Assembly (NCBI GenBank): GCA_963808035.1
Contig: CAWEEF010000001.1
Span: 948,022-1,012,021 of the forward strand
Length of the DNA stretch: 64,000 bases
DNA from: an uncultured Alphaproteobacteria bacterium
Lineage (GTDB): Bacteria > Pseudomonadota > Alphaproteobacteria > Rhizobiales > Xanthobacteraceae
Direction: 5' to 3'
In this document: positions 1 to 10,994 of the stretch, piece after piece
Layout: each line of letters begins with the position of its first letter
Numbering within the stretch: position 1 is the first letter of the stretch
Program-made: the position numbers and the translations under genes
Notes under the pieces: generated by a model
The model's database searches: none
The model's input: only the letters and a program-made list of their open reading frames with translations
Told to the model about the DNA's origin: nothing

Positions 1-588
1 TCGAAGGATTTCACGCGGCCCAAATTCGATCCCGACGGCGCCAAGAAACTCTTGACCGAAGCCGGTTATCCCGACGGGTTCGAAGTCACGATGGATTGTC
101 CCAACGACCGCTATGTCAATGACGCGGCGATCTGCCAGGCGGTGGTCGGGATGCTGGCGCGGATCGGCATCAAGATCGACCTGCTGGCCCAGCCCAAGCA
201 ACAGTATTTCGCCAAGGTGCTGAAACCCGGCGGTTTCAAGACCTCGTTCTATCTGCTGGGCTGGACGCCGGCCACGATGGACTCCCAGAATGTGCTCAAC
301 GACATCATGGGCTGCCGCGATGATCCGAAGTCATCGCGCGGCGAAGCCAATCTCGGCGGTTATTGCGACAAGAAGCTGGACGCTCTCGCCGACCAGGTGC
401 TGCTCGAGACCGATACCGCCAAGCGCGACCAGCTGATCATGCAGGCCTTCGAGATCGGCATGAAGGATTGGGGGTATATCCCGCTGCATCAGCAGGCCCT
501 GGCGTGGGGCGTGTCGAACAAGGTAAAGCTGACACAGCGCGCCGACAACGAAGTCCTGCTCTATTGGGCGACCAAACAGGAAGAGTGA
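1..588 (+). CDS. ABC transporter substrate-binding protein (family 5, peptide/nickel type), 5'-truncated by window edge
   Basis: Frame open from base 1 (SKDFTRPKFDPDGAKKLLTEAGYPDGFEV...); typical SBP5 C-terminal half; directly followed by permeases and ATPases. Confidence 0.9.
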   Translation, partial: SKDFTRPKFDPDGAKKLLTEAGYPDGFEVTMDCPNDRYVNDAAICQAVVGMLARIGIKIDLLAQPKQQYFAKVLKPGGFKTSFYLLGWTPATMDSQNVLNDIMGCRDDPKSSRGEANLGGYCDKKLDALADQVLLETDTAKRDQLIMQAFEIGMKDWGYIPLHQQALAWGVSNKVKLTQRADNEVLLYWATKQEE

Positions 589-688
589 GCGGTCGCGGCA
601 TTTCTGGTCCCGGTGGTTGATGCCTCCGGGACTTTTCGTTCAGGGCACGCAACGGCGCGCGCCAGCTCTAGAGAAGTGAAAGGATCAC

Positions 689-1669
689 ATGCTCGCTTTC
701 ACTCTTCGCCGGGCAATCCAGGCCATGGGCGTGATGGTCGTCGTTGGAATTATCGCCTTTTCGATGTTCCGCTTCGCCGGCGATCCGGTGAACCAGATGG
801 TCGCAATCGACACTTCCGCGGCCGAACGCGCCGCGATCCGCCAGTCGCTCGGCCTCGACGATCCCGTGGTGGTGCAGTTCGGGCGCTATCTTGCCAATGC
901 CGCCCAGTTCAAATTCGGCGTCTCCTATCAATTCCGCCAGCCGGTGGCGAGCCTGCTCAAGGAACGGATGCCGGCGACGCTGGAGCTTGCGGTCTGCGCC
1001 ACGGTGTTTGCGATGGTGTTCGGCATCCTGATGGGGGTCTATTCGGCGTTGCGGCGCGATACCCTGCTCGCCAAGGCGTTCCAGGCGATATCGCTGATCG
1101 GAATTTCGCTGCCGACATTCCTGATCGGCATTCTCCTGATCTATCTGTTCGCGGTGGTACTGGGCTGGCTGCCGTCGTTCGGCCGCGGCGAGGTGGTTCG
1201 GATCGGCTGGTGGAGCACCGGGCTGCTGACGGTTTCCGGGCTGAAGGCCCTGATCATGCCATCGATCACGCTCGGCCTGTTCCAGATGACCCTGATCATG
1301 CGGCTGGTGCGGGCCGAGATGCTCGAGGTTCTGCGCACCGATTATATCCGCTTCGCGCGGGCGCGCGGTCTGACCACGCGCGCGATTCATTTCGGCCACG
1401 CCCTGAAAAACACCCTGGTTCCCGTCATTACCGTCGCCGGCCTGCAGTTTGGCTCGGTCATTGCCTTTGCCATTATTACCGAAACCGTATTCCAGTGGCC
1501 GGGCATGGGCCTGCTGTTCCTGCAGGCAATACAGAACGTCGATATTCCAATCATGTCCGCCTACCTGCTGATGGTGTCGCTGATCTTCGTCACCATCAAC
1601 CTCATCGTCGATATCCTCTACACCGTCGTCGATCCGCGCCTGCGCTCGACCATCAGCCGACTGGCCTGA
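689..1669 (+). CDS. ABC transporter permease (DppB/OppB-like)
   Basis: GDP N-terminal motif; EAA-like loop YIRFARARGL; ends VDPRLR. Confidence 0.93.
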   Translation: MLAFTLRRAIQAMGVMVVVGIIAFSMFRFAGDPVNQMVAIDTSAAERAAIRQSLGLDDPVVVQFGRYLANAAQFKFGVSYQFRQPVASLLKERMPATLELAVCATVFAMVFGILMGVYSALRRDTLLAKAFQAISLIGISLPTFLIGILLIYLFAVVLGWLPSFGRGEVVRIGWWSTGLLTVSGLKALIMPSITLGLFQMTLIMRLVRAEMLEVLRTDYIRFARARGLTTRAIHFGHALKNTLVPVITVAGLQFGSVIAFAIITETVFQWPGMGLLFLQAIQNVDIPIMSAYLLMVSLIFVTINLIVDILYTVVDPRLRSTISRLA

Positions 1670-1672
1670 CCG

Positions 1673-2644
1673 ATGAGCGACGCCGTGGTCCCACACAAAT
1701 CCGAGGCGACCGCGCCGGCGACGACGCCTTCCTCCGGATGGCTGCGGCGCGCCGTCGACAGCGACGTGTTCTACTCCTTCCGCCGCTCCCGGCTCACCAT
1801 GCTGGCCGCCGCGGTGACGGTGCTGTTTTTCCTGCTCGCGATCTTCGCCTCGGTTCTTTCGGTGCAGAACCCGTTCGATCCGGGGCAGCTTCAACTGATG
1901 AATTCGCGCATCCCGCCGCTATGGGTGGCCGACGGCCAGAGCCCGTTCCTGCTCGGCACCGACGAGCAGGGCCGCGACGTGTTTTCCGCCATCCTCTACG
2001 GCTTGCGCATTTCGCTCACCGTCGGCGTGCTCGGCGTCGTGTTCTCGGGCGCGCTCGGCATTGTGCTCGGGCTGATCGCGGGCTATTTCGGCGGCGCGGT
2101 CGACACCCTGATCATGCGCGTCGCCGACGTGCAGCTCACCTTCCCGGCGATCCTGATCGCGCTGTTGATCAATGGCGTAGTCAAATCCGTGTTCGGCGAT
2201 CGGCTGGACGCCATGAGCATGCTGACGGTGCTGGTGTTCGCGATCGGCTTGAGCTTCTGGGTGCAATATGCCCGCACCGTGCGCGGCTCGGTGCTGGTGG
2301 AAAAAAACAAGGACTATGTCGCCGCGGCACAACTGATCGGGCTGCCCGCTCCCGTCATCATGCTGCGTCACGTGCTGCCCAATACGATGGGGCCGATCCT
2401 GGTGATCGCCACCATCAACCTCGCGCTCGCGATCATCACCGAGGCGACGCTGTCGTTCCTGGGCGCCGGCATGCCCGACACCATGCCGTCGCTCGGCACC
2501 CTGATCCGGATCGGCAACAATTACCTGTTCTCCGGCGAGTGGTGGATCGTCGCCTTCCCGGGTCTTGCCCTCGCCGCGCTGATCCTGTCCATCAACCTGC
2601 TCGGCGACTGGCTGCGCGACGCTCTCAATCCGAAACTTCGATGA
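1673..2644 (+). CDS. ABC transporter permease (DppC/OppC-like)
   Basis: LGTDEQGRDVFS; DYVAAAQLIG..RHVLPN; GDWLRDALNPK. Confidence 0.93.
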   Translation: MSDAVVPHKSEATAPATTPSSGWLRRAVDSDVFYSFRRSRLTMLAAAVTVLFFLLAIFASVLSVQNPFDPGQLQLMNSRIPPLWVADGQSPFLLGTDEQGRDVFSAILYGLRISLTVGVLGVVFSGALGIVLGLIAGYFGGAVDTLIMRVADVQLTFPAILIALLINGVVKSVFGDRLDAMSMLTVLVFAIGLSFWVQYARTVRGSVLVEKNKDYVAAAQLIGLPAPVIMLRHVLPNTMGPILVIATINLALAIITEATLSFLGAGMPDTMPSLGTLIRIGNNYLFSGEWWIVAFPGLALAALILSINLLGDWLRDALNPKLR

Positions 2645-2675
2645 CAAGCGCGGCCACGCCCGGTGACCTGATCGC

Positions 2676-3662
2676 ATGACCGAACCCGTTCTCTCCGTGC
2701 GCAACCTTGAGGTGGAGTTCGTCACCCGCCGCAGCGTGCTGCGCGCCATTGACGGAGTTTCCTTCGACATCGCCAAGGGCGAGGTGCTGGGCGTGGTCGG
2801 CGAATCCGGCGCGGGAAAATCCGTCACCGGCCTTGCTGTCATTGGCCTGATCGATCCGCCGGGCCGCATCGCCGGCGGCGAGGTCCGCCTCGCCGGCATG
2901 CGGATCGACCATCTGCCTCCGGAACAAATGCGGCGGATCCGGGGAAAACGGATCGGCATGATCTTCCAGGATCCGCTGACCAGCCTCAATCCGCTGTACC
3001 AGATCGGCGATCAGCTCGTGGAAACCATGCGCACCCATCTCAATCTCTCCGAAACGGCCGCGCGCCGGCGCGCCATCGACCTGCTCGCCGAGGTCGGCAT
3101 TCCCGCGCCGGAGAAACGCATCGATGCCTATCCGCACGAATTCTCCGGCGGCATGCGCCAGCGCGTGGTGATCGCACTGGCAATCTGCGCCGAGCCGGAA
3201 CTGATCATCGCCGACGAGCCGACCACGGCACTCGACGTCTCGGTGCAGGCGCAGATCATCGCGCTGATCAAGCGCCTCGGACGCGATCACGGCACCGCGG
3301 TGATGCTGGTAACCCATGACATGGGCGTGATCGCCGAAACCTCCGACCGCGTCGCCGTGATGTATTCCGGCCGCATTGCCGAGATCGGGCCGGTACAGGA
3401 TGTCGTGCAAAACCCGCTGCACCCCTACGCCAAGGGCCTGATGGGCGCGATCCCGACCCTTGTCGGCGACGCCAGACGGCTGGTCCAGATCCCCGGCACG
3501 ATGCCGCGGCTTTCCGCGATCCCGCCGGGCTGCCCGTTCAATCCGCGCTGTGCGTTCGTATTCGATCGCTGCCGGACCGAACGGCCGGAGCCGATCCGGC
3601 ATGGCACGCAGGCCGTGGCCTGCCATCTCTACGACGCCGCCACCAAGGAAACCGCGGCATGA
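2676..3662 (+). CDS. ABC transporter ATP-binding protein (DppD-like)
   Basis: Walker A GESGAGKS, signature FSGGMRQR, Walker B IIADEPT, C-terminal GCPFNPRC. Confidence 0.95.
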   Translation: MTEPVLSVRNLEVEFVTRRSVLRAIDGVSFDIAKGEVLGVVGESGAGKSVTGLAVIGLIDPPGRIAGGEVRLAGMRIDHLPPEQMRRIRGKRIGMIFQDPLTSLNPLYQIGDQLVETMRTHLNLSETAARRRAIDLLAEVGIPAPEKRIDAYPHEFSGGMRQRVVIALAICAEPELIIADEPTTALDVSVQAQIIALIKRLGRDHGTAVMLVTHDMGVIAETSDRVAVMYSGRIAEIGPVQDVVQNPLHPYAKGLMGAIPTLVGDARRLVQIPGTMPRLSAIPPGCPFNPRCAFVFDRCRTERPEPIRHGTQAVACHLYDAATKETAA

Positions 3663-4657
3663 CCGCCACGCCGTTTGTCGACGTCAAAGACCTGCGTCGG
3701 GTGTTCGATGTATCAAAACCCTGGCTCAACCGGATGCTGGAAGGCGGCCATCTCGAATTCCTGAAAGCGGTCGACGGCGTGACCTTCGACATCGCCAAGG
3801 GCGAGACCTTTGCGCTGGTCGGCGAATCCGGCTCCGGTAAAACCACCGTCGCCCGCATGGTGGTCGGGCTGCTGCCGCCGACTTCGGGCGAAGTGGTGAT
3901 CGACGGCGTTTCGATGAGCGATGCGCGCCAGATCCAGGCCCGCCGCCGGCTGCGCCGGCGCATCCAGATGATCTTCCAGGACCCCTATGCGAGCCTCAAC
4001 CCGCGTTTTCGGGTTGACGCCATTGTCGCCGAGCCGATCCGCGCCTTCGATCTGATCGAGGGCGAGCGCAATATTCAGGCGCGCGTCGGCGACCTGCTCA
4101 ACCTGGTCGGACTGCATCCCGACGACGGCTGGAAATTTCCGCACGAATTCTCCGGCGGCCAGCGGCAGCGGATCGCGATCGCGCGGGCGCTGGCATCGGA
4201 AGCCGAGTTCATCGTCTGCGACGAGCCGACCTCCGCGCTCGATGTCTCGGTGCAGGCGCAGATCCTCAATCTGATGCGCGACCTGCAGGACAAGTTCGGC
4301 CTCACCTACCTCTTCATCAGCCACAACCTCGCCGTGGTGCGGCACATGGCGAGCCGCATCGGCGTGATGTATCTCGGCCGCATTGTCGAGATCGCCGAGG
4401 GCCGCGAATTGTTCAGCCATCCGCGCATGCCCTACACCAGGATGCTGCTGGGCGCGGTTCCCGACCTCGCGATGTCGGGCCGCCAGCGCATCCCGGTCCA
4501 GGGCGAAATCGCCAATCCGATCGATCCGCCTCCCGGCTGTGCCTTCAACCCGCGTTGCCCACTGGTGTTCGATCTTTGCCGCCAACAGGCGCCGGCGCTG
4601 ATCGACGGCGTCGCCTGCCATGCCGTCAACAACCCGGCCCACGCCGCGCCGCCCTGA
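3659..4657 (+). CDS. ABC transporter ATP-binding protein (DppF-like)
   Basis: [30 protein letters not shown]; ATGA overlap with upstream gene. Confidence 0.95.
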   Translation: MTATPFVDVKDLRRVFDVSKPWLNRMLEGGHLEFLKAVDGVTFDIAKGETFALVGESGSGKTTVARMVVGLLPPTSGEVVIDGVSMSDARQIQARRRLRRRIQMIFQDPYASLNPRFRVDAIVAEPIRAFDLIEGERNIQARVGDLLNLVGLHPDDGWKFPHEFSGGQRQRIAIARALASEAEFIVCDEPTSALDVSVQAQILNLMRDLQDKFGLTYLFISHNLAVVRHMASRIGVMYLGRIVEIAEGRELFSHPRMPYTRMLLGAVPDLAMSGRQRIPVQGEIANPIDPPPGCAFNPRCPLVFDLCRQQAPALIDGVACHAVNNPAHAAPP

Positions 4658-4762
4658 TCGGCAGGATGTGCGCAACCGGTCCGGCCGGCCCCGGTTGGCA
4701 GCCAGCTCCGGCTGTGGTCAAGTGCGGCCGCCCCCGCCGCACCCGTGCGATAATGGATTCCC

Positions 4763-6565
4763 ATGAGCCATATCAATCCCGATCCGTTCACGACCCGGCC
4801 GGAAATCGAAGGCACCTTTGGCGTCGTGACCTCGACCCACTGGATCGCCACCGCGGTCGGGATGGGCATCCTGGAAAAGGGCGGCAACGCCTTCGACGCC
4901 GGCGTCGCCACCGCATTCACGCTGCAGGTGGTCGAACCGCATCTGAACGGCCCGGGCGGCGATGTGCCGATCATCGTGCACGATACGAGGCGCGGTCGCA
5001 CCGAAGTGATCTGCGGTCAGGGCCCCGCTCCGGCGGCCGCGACCATCGCCCATTACCGCAGCGAAGGCCTCGATATGGTGCCGGGCACCGGGCTGCTCGC
5101 CGCCTGTGTTCCCGGCACGTTCAAATCCTGGATGCTGCTGCTGCGCGATTATGGCACGCTGCGGCTGCGCGACGTACTGGCACCCGCCATCGCCTATGCA
5201 AAGGACGGTTATCCGCTGGTGGAGCGTGCCTCGGCGACGATCCAAACCGTCGAACAAATGTTCCGGAAGCACTGGACGACATCCGCCGCGGTCTACCTTC
5301 CGGACAATCAGGTTCCAAAGCCCGGCACGCTCTTCACCAACAGGAAACTCGCCGAGACCTATGCCCGCATCCTGACTGAAGCCGAAAGCGCCGGGGCCGA
5401 CCGCGTCGCCCAGATCGAGCGCGCCCGCAGGGCCTGGTCGCACGGCTTTGTCGCCGAAGCGATCGGCCAGTTCTGCCGCAGCCAGGAAGTGATGGATGTC
5501 AGCGGATCGCCGCATCGTGGCGTGCTGACCGCCGACGACATGGCGCGCTGGCAGCCCGGAATCGAGGCGCCGCTGACCTATGATTACGGCCGCTACACCG
5601 TCTGCAAGCCCGGGGTCTGGAGCCAGGGGCCGGTGATGCTGCAGCAGCTCGCGCTGCTCAAGGGATTTGCGCTCGACGGGCTCGATCCGGCAGGACCCGA
5701 GTTCATCCACCTGCAAACCGAATGCGCCAAACTCGCCTATGCCGACCGCGAGAAGTTCTATGGCGATCCGAAATTCACCGAGATCCCGATCGCGACGCTG
5801 CTGTCCGATGCCTACAACGACCAACGCCGCAAGCTGATCTCGGACACGGCGTCGCTGGATCTTGTCCCCGGCTCGGTCGAAGGTTTCGGGTCGGTGGTCA
5901 AACTGCGTCGGCAGGAAGGCAGTCGCGAGGCGGTCGGCGCCATGGGCGCTGGCGAGCCGACGGTCGGCCGGTTCGGCGAGGTGCGTGGCGACACCGTGCA
6001 TTTCGACATCGTTGATCAGGCCGGCAACATGATCTCGGCGACGCCGTCCGGCGGCTGGCTGCAGTCGTCGCCGGTGATTCCGGAACTCGGCTTCTGCCTC
6101 GGCAGCCGGGCGCAGATGTTCTGGCTCGAGGAGGATCACCCCGCGGCGCTGGCGCCGGGCAAGCGTCCGCGCACCACGCTCAGCCCGACCTTGGCGCTGC
6201 GCGATGGCGAGCCATATCTGGCGTGGGGCTCGCCCGGCGGCGATCAGCAGGATCAGTGGATCACGCAATTCTTTCTGCGGCACGTGCATGCCAAATTGAA
6301 TCTGCAGGAGGCGATCGACGCACCCGCCTGGCATTCGGAGCATTTCCCGATCTCGTTCTGGCCGCGCACCGCACGGCCCGGCGTGCTGGTGGTCGAAGAC
6401 CGCGTGCCGAAGGCGACGATCGAGACGCTGAAGCACCGCGGTCATATCGTGGAGACCGGCCCGAGCTGGTCGGAGGGTCGTCTCACCGCCGCCTCCAGGG
6501 TCGGCCGCCGCCGGCGCGCTGCCGCTAATCCACGCGGCATGCAAGGCTACGCGGCGGGACGATAG
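4763..6565 (+). CDS. ggt: Gamma-glutamyltransferase family protein (Ntn hydrolase)
   Basis: GGNAFDA, LNGPGGD, nucleophile Thr in GDTVHF, GSPGGDQQDQW. Confidence 0.9.
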   Translation: MSHINPDPFTTRPEIEGTFGVVTSTHWIATAVGMGILEKGGNAFDAGVATAFTLQVVEPHLNGPGGDVPIIVHDTRRGRTEVICGQGPAPAAATIAHYRSEGLDMVPGTGLLAACVPGTFKSWMLLLRDYGTLRLRDVLAPAIAYAKDGYPLVERASATIQTVEQMFRKHWTTSAAVYLPDNQVPKPGTLFTNRKLAETYARILTEAESAGADRVAQIERARRAWSHGFVAEAIGQFCRSQEVMDVSGSPHRGVLTADDMARWQPGIEAPLTYDYGRYTVCKPGVWSQGPVMLQQLALLKGFALDGLDPAGPEFIHLQTECAKLAYADREKFYGDPKFTEIPIATLLSDAYNDQRRKLISDTASLDLVPGSVEGFGSVVKLRRQEGSREAVGAMGAGEPTVGRFGEVRGDTVHFDIVDQAGNMISATPSGGWLQSSPVIPELGFCLGSRAQMFWLEEDHPAALAPGKRPRTTLSPTLALRDGEPYLAWGSPGGDQQDQWITQFFLRHVHAKLNLQEAIDAPAWHSEHFPISFWPRTARPGVLVVEDRVPKATIETLKHRGHIVETGPSWSEGRLTAASRVGRRRRAAANPRGMQGYAAGR

Positions 6566-6577
6566 CGGGCAACGACG

Positions 6578-7288
6578 ATGACATGGTCGATCATCGCCCG
6601 CGACAGACTGACCGGCCAGTTCGGGATCGCGGTCGCGACCAGGTTCTTCGCCGTCGGCGCGCGCGTGCCCTATGTCGCCGCCGGCATCGGCGCGATCGCG
6701 ACCCAGGCGCTGGTCAATCCCTATTACGGCATCGACGGCCTGAAGCTGCTGCGCCAGGGGCAGAGCCCGCGCGACATCGTCGCGAGCCTGATCGCCACCG
6801 ACAGCGGCCGCGCCAGCCGGCAGGTTCACATCATGGATTCCGCTGGCCGCATCGCTGCCCATACCGGACGCGAATGCGTCGACTGGTGCGGGCACATCGA
6901 GGACCGCGGCCTGTCGATCGCCGGCAACATGCTGACCGGCGCCCGGGTGCTCGACGCGACGGCCGAGAGCTATATCGCGAGCGAAGACCTGCCGTTCGCG
7001 CCACGCCTGATCGCCGCGATGCGAGCCGGCGAAGCTGCCGGCGGCGACAAGCGCGGCAGGCAATCGGCGGCGCTCGTGATCTACGGCGAGGATGAGTGGT
7101 CGGCGCTCGACCTGCGCGTGGACGATCACGCCGATCCGCTTGCCGAACTCGCGCGCCTCGAACAGGTGAGCCGCGAACATTGGGTGCCGTTCCGACAGTT
7201 CCTGCCCACCCGTGGCAACCCGGCCGGCGTCACCGATCGCGAGATCATCGATGCCGGCGTCGCTGCCGCCCTGGCCGGCCAGAGATGA
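6578..7288 (+). CDS. DUF1028 family protein (Ntn-hydrolase-like)
   Basis: MTWSIIARD...FAVGARVP...ATQA...GNML...GGDKRGRQSAAL...DLRVDDH pattern. Confidence 0.85.
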   Translation: MTWSIIARDRLTGQFGIAVATRFFAVGARVPYVAAGIGAIATQALVNPYYGIDGLKLLRQGQSPRDIVASLIATDSGRASRQVHIMDSAGRIAAHTGRECVDWCGHIEDRGLSIAGNMLTGARVLDATAESYIASEDLPFAPRLIAAMRAGEAAGGDKRGRQSAALVIYGEDEWSALDLRVDDHADPLAELARLEQVSREHWVPFRQFLPTRGNPAGVTDREIIDAGVAAALAGQR

Positions 7289-8274
7289 CCGCGGTTCCGC
7301 TGATCGAGATCGAAGGCCTGCGGGTCATCTTCCACGGCGACAACGGCCGCGTGACCCGTGCGGTCGATCGCGTTGACCTGAGCGTGGCCAACGGCGCCAC
7401 ACTCGGGCTGGTCGGCGAATCCGGCTGCGGCAAGAGCGTGACCTCACTTGCCATCATGGGGTTGCTGCCGAGACATTCGGCCGAAGTCACCGGCTCGATC
7501 CGCTTCGACGGCTTCGATCTGCTCGATGTGCCCGACCACACCCTGCGCGACCTGCGCGGCGACCGCATGGCGATGATCTTCCAGGAGCCGATGACCTCGC
7601 TCAACCCGAGCCTCACCATCGGCGAGCAGATCATCGAGACCCTGCTGCGCCATCGCGGCGGGACGCGGCGCGCCGCCCGTGAGCGCACGATCGAGCTGCT
7701 GCGCCGCGTCCACATTCCGTCGCCGGAACGGCGCATCGACGAATATCCGCACAGGCTTTCGGGCGGGATGCGCCAGCGCGTCATGATCGCGATGGCGCTG
7801 GCCTGCGATCCGATGCTGCTGATCGCGGACGAGCCGACCACCGCGCTCGACGTCACCCTGCAGGCGCAAATCCTCGACCTGATGCGCGAACTGAAGGCGG
7901 CAAGCGGTGCGGCGATCATCCTGATCACCCACGATCTCGGCGTGGTCGCGGAGGTCTGTGACGAGGTCGCGGTGATGTATGCCGGCGAAATCGTCGAGCG
8001 CGCCGCGGTCGACGAGCTGTTTGCAGCGCCGCAGCATCCCTACACCGTCGGCCTGCTCGGCTCGATTCCGCGGCTCGACCGCAGCGCCTCCCGTCTCGCC
8101 ACCATCGAGGGCATGGTACCAAACATGACGGCGCCGCCACCGGGCTGCCGCTTCGCCCCGCGCTGCCCGTTCGCTGGCGAAGCCTGCGTGAAGGCGCCGC
8201 CGCCGCTGGTGGCGGTCAGCCCCGGTCACCGCTCGCGCTGCATCAAGGCGCCGCTGCAGAGGCTGGTGTCATGA
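7285..8274 (+). CDS. ABC transporter ATP-binding protein (DppD-like), second system
   Basis: Start MTAVPLIEI at ATGA overlap with DUF1028 stop; [22 protein letters not shown]. Confidence 0.93.
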   Translation: MTAVPLIEIEGLRVIFHGDNGRVTRAVDRVDLSVANGATLGLVGESGCGKSVTSLAIMGLLPRHSAEVTGSIRFDGFDLLDVPDHTLRDLRGDRMAMIFQEPMTSLNPSLTIGEQIIETLLRHRGGTRRAARERTIELLRRVHIPSPERRIDEYPHRLSGGMRQRVMIAMALACDPMLLIADEPTTALDVTLQAQILDLMRELKAASGAAIILITHDLGVVAEVCDEVAVMYAGEIVERAAVDELFAAPQHPYTVGLLGSIPRLDRSASRLATIEGMVPNMTAPPPGCRFAPRCPFAGEACVKAPPPLVAVSPGHRSRCIKAPLQRLVS

Positions 8275-9380
8275 CCGCGCTGCTCGAAGTCGATGGGCTG
8301 GTGAAGCATTTTGTCGCCGAGCGTTCGCTGTTCGGGCGCCCGACCGCGTTGGTGAAAGCGATCGACGGCGTCAGCTTCAGCGTCGATGCCGGCAGGACGC
8401 TGGCGCTGGTCGGCGAATCCGGCTGCGGCAAATCGACGGTGAGCCGGCTGGCGCTGCGGCTGATCGAGCCGGATGCGGGCGAAATCCGCTTCCAGGGCCG
8501 CGACCTGCGCGCGCTGAATGCGAAGCAGTTGCGCGCCTTCCGCCGCGATGCCCAGATCATCTTCCAGGACCCCTATGCGTCGCTCAACCCGCGCATGACC
8601 GTCAGCCAGATCCTGACCGAACCACTGGCGCTGCACGATCTGCGGCCGCCCGCACGCCGCCGCGAGCGCGTCGACGAATTGCTGCGCCTGGTCGGGCTCG
8701 AGCCGCGCTTCGCCCGTCGCTATCCCCACGAATTTTCCGGCGGCCAGCGCCAGCGCATCGCCATTGCCCGGGCGCTCGCGGTCGAACCGAAGCTCATCAT
8801 CTGCGACGAGCCGGTATCGGCGCTCGACGTCTCGATCCGCTCGCAGATCCTGAACCTGCTGCGCGATCTGCAGGACCGGCTCGGCCTCGCCTACATCTTT
8901 GTTTCGCATGATCTCGCCGTCGTAAAACACATCGCCGACCATGTCGCCGTGATGAACCTCGGGGGTATCGTCGAGACCGCGCCAACGCCGGCGCTGTTTG
9001 CCGCGCCGCGCCACCCTTACAGCCGCGCGCTGCTGGCGGCGATTCCGGTTCCGAAGCCGCGGGCCAGGCGCAACCACGCCCTGCTGCAGGGCGAGATGCC
9101 GAGCGCGCTCGATCCGCCGCCGGGCTGCCGTTTTCATACCCGCTGCCCCTATGCGATCGAACGCTGCCGCGTCGAAGCCCCAGAACTGCTTGCCGACGCC
9201 GGCGGACACGCCACCGCCTGTCACCGCACCGCCGAGCTTCCGCCGCCGGACGCCATCGCTGCGGCGGGCGGCGAAGCCTTTTCACCGGCGCTGGAACGGC
9301 TGGTGGCGGCTTTCAGCGGGGTCCGGGAAGTCCCTGACGGTTTCGGGGTTGATAGACTAGTTCCCGAGCCACGGGCTTGA
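8271..9380 (+). CDS. ABC transporter ATP-binding protein (DppF-like), second system
   Basis: [30 protein letters not shown]. Confidence 0.93.
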   Translation: MTALLEVDGLVKHFVAERSLFGRPTALVKAIDGVSFSVDAGRTLALVGESGCGKSTVSRLALRLIEPDAGEIRFQGRDLRALNAKQLRAFRRDAQIIFQDPYASLNPRMTVSQILTEPLALHDLRPPARRRERVDELLRLVGLEPRFARRYPHEFSGGQRQRIAIARALAVEPKLIICDEPVSALDVSIRSQILNLLRDLQDRLGLAYIFVSHDLAVVKHIADHVAVMNLGGIVETAPTPALFAAPRHPYSRALLAAIPVPKPRARRNHALLQGEMPSALDPPPGCRFHTRCPYAIERCRVEAPELLADAGGHATACHRTAELPPPDAIAAAGGEAFSPALERLVAAFSGVREVPDGFGVDRLVPEPRA

Positions 9381-9397
9381 ACAAGGAGAATGATGCC

Positions 9398-10909
9398 ATG
9401 AAATTGTTGCGTTTGGCGGCGGTCGCGGCGGCGGCATGGCTGTGGTTCGGAGCTGGCGTTCAGGCCCAGACCGCGCTGCGGATCGGGCTCGCCGAAGATC
9501 CGGACATTCTCGATCCGACGCTCGGCCGCACCTATGTCGGCCGCATCGTGTTCGCGGCTTTTTGCGACAAGCTGTTCGACATCGACGAAAAGCTCAACAT
9601 TGTGCCGCAGCTTGCGCTGTCGCACGAGACCTCAGCCGACGGCAAGGAAGTCACGATCAAGCTGCGGCCGGGCGTCAAGTTCCAGGACGGTGAGCCGTTC
9701 GATGCCGAGGCCGCAAAATTCTCGCTCGACCGACACCTGACCATGCCGGGATCGTTCCGCAAACCCGAACTGGCCGCGCTCGATCATGTCGACATCGTCG
9801 ACCCCCTGACCATCAAGCTCGTGCTGAAGGCGCCCTATTCGCCGCTGATCGCGCAGCTCACCGACCGCGCCGGCATGATGGTCTCGCCGAAGGCAGCGAA
9901 GGCCGAAGGCGACAAGTTCGGGCTGCATCCGGTTTGCGCCGGTCCCTACAAATTCGTCGAACGCGTGCAGCAGGATCGGATCGTGTTCGAGAAGTTCGCC
10001 GACTACTGGAACAAGGACAACATCCACATCGACCGCATCGTGTACCTGCCGCTGGTGGACGCCACGGTGCGCCTCGCCAATCTCAAATCCGGCGGCCTCG
10101 ACCTGATCGAGCGGCTGCTGGCCACCGACATCAAGCAGGTCCAGGCCGATCCAAAGCTGAAATTGTCGAGCGCGATCGAGCTTGGATACCAGGGCGTGAC
10201 GCTCAATATCGGCAAGGACAAGACCGGAGGACCGCTCAGCCAGTCCGCCAGGGTGCGGCAGGCGCTCGACCTGTCGATCGATCGCGAGGCCATCAACCAG
10301 GTGGTGTTCAACGGCGAGTTCAAGCCCGGCAACCAATGGGTCAATCCCGATCATCCCTATTATCAGCAGGCTTTCCCGGTGCGCGGGCGCGACGTCGCCA
10401 AGGCCAAGGCGCTGCTGAAGGAGGCCGGCGTAACGCCGCCGGTCAGCGTCGATTTCATGGTGCCGAAAGGCGATGAGACCGAGGCGGTGGCGCAGGTGAT
10501 GCAGTCGATGGCGGCGGAAGCCGGTTTCGACCTGAAGATCAGGGTGACCGAGTTCGCGACCTCGCTGAAACAAGCCGAAGCCGGAGAATACCAGACCTTC
10601 ATGCTGGCGTGGAGCGGCCGGATCGATCCGGACGGCAATTCCTACATCTTCCTGAAAACCGGCGCTCCGCAGAACTACAGCGCCTGGTCAAACGCCGAGG
10701 CTGACAAGATGCTGGACGCGGCCCGTCTCGTCAGCGATCAGGCACAGCGAAAGGCGCTCTATGAAAAGCTGGCCAGGATCGTGCAGGACGAAGAGCCGAT
10801 CCTCTATCTGTATCACCGCAGGCTTCTGATCGCCCACACCACGCGGCTGGAGGGCTACAAGCAAATGCCGGATGGACTGGTGCGCGTGACCGGACTGACG
10901 CTGAAATGA
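9398..10909 (+). CDS. ABC transporter substrate-binding protein (family 5)
   Basis: Signal peptide MKLLRLAAVAAAAWLWFGAGVQA after AAGGAG RBS; DPDILDP, AGPYKF. Confidence 0.92.
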   Translation: MKLLRLAAVAAAAWLWFGAGVQAQTALRIGLAEDPDILDPTLGRTYVGRIVFAAFCDKLFDIDEKLNIVPQLALSHETSADGKEVTIKLRPGVKFQDGEPFDAEAAKFSLDRHLTMPGSFRKPELAALDHVDIVDPLTIKLVLKAPYSPLIAQLTDRAGMMVSPKAAKAEGDKFGLHPVCAGPYKFVERVQQDRIVFEKFADYWNKDNIHIDRIVYLPLVDATVRLANLKSGGLDLIERLLATDIKQVQADPKLKLSSAIELGYQGVTLNIGKDKTGGPLSQSARVRQALDLSIDREAINQVVFNGEFKPGNQWVNPDHPYYQQAFPVRGRDVAKAKALLKEAGVTPPVSVDFMVPKGDETEAVAQVMQSMAAEAGFDLKIRVTEFATSLKQAEAGEYQTFMLAWSGRIDPDGNSYIFLKTGAPQNYSAWSNAEADKMLDAARLVSDQAQRKALYEKLARIVQDEEPILYLYHRRLLIAHTTRLEGYKQMPDGLVRVTGLTLK

Positions 10910-10994
10910 GAAGGATTGCCACGAGCCTCACTGCTCTCTTCCCCACGAGGCGGCAGGGGATGCGCGGTGCCGCGCGCTTCGAGCTGCGTGTGCC

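Noticed and set aside
613-2679. 688-aa alternative-frame ORF over the permeases
   Set aside because: Off-frame GC-rich reading with low-complexity Arg/Gly/Pro content
4718-7180. 820-aa minus-strand ORF
   Set aside because: Antisense shadow of ggt/DUF1028 in high-GC DNA; Arg/Ala-rich, no motifs
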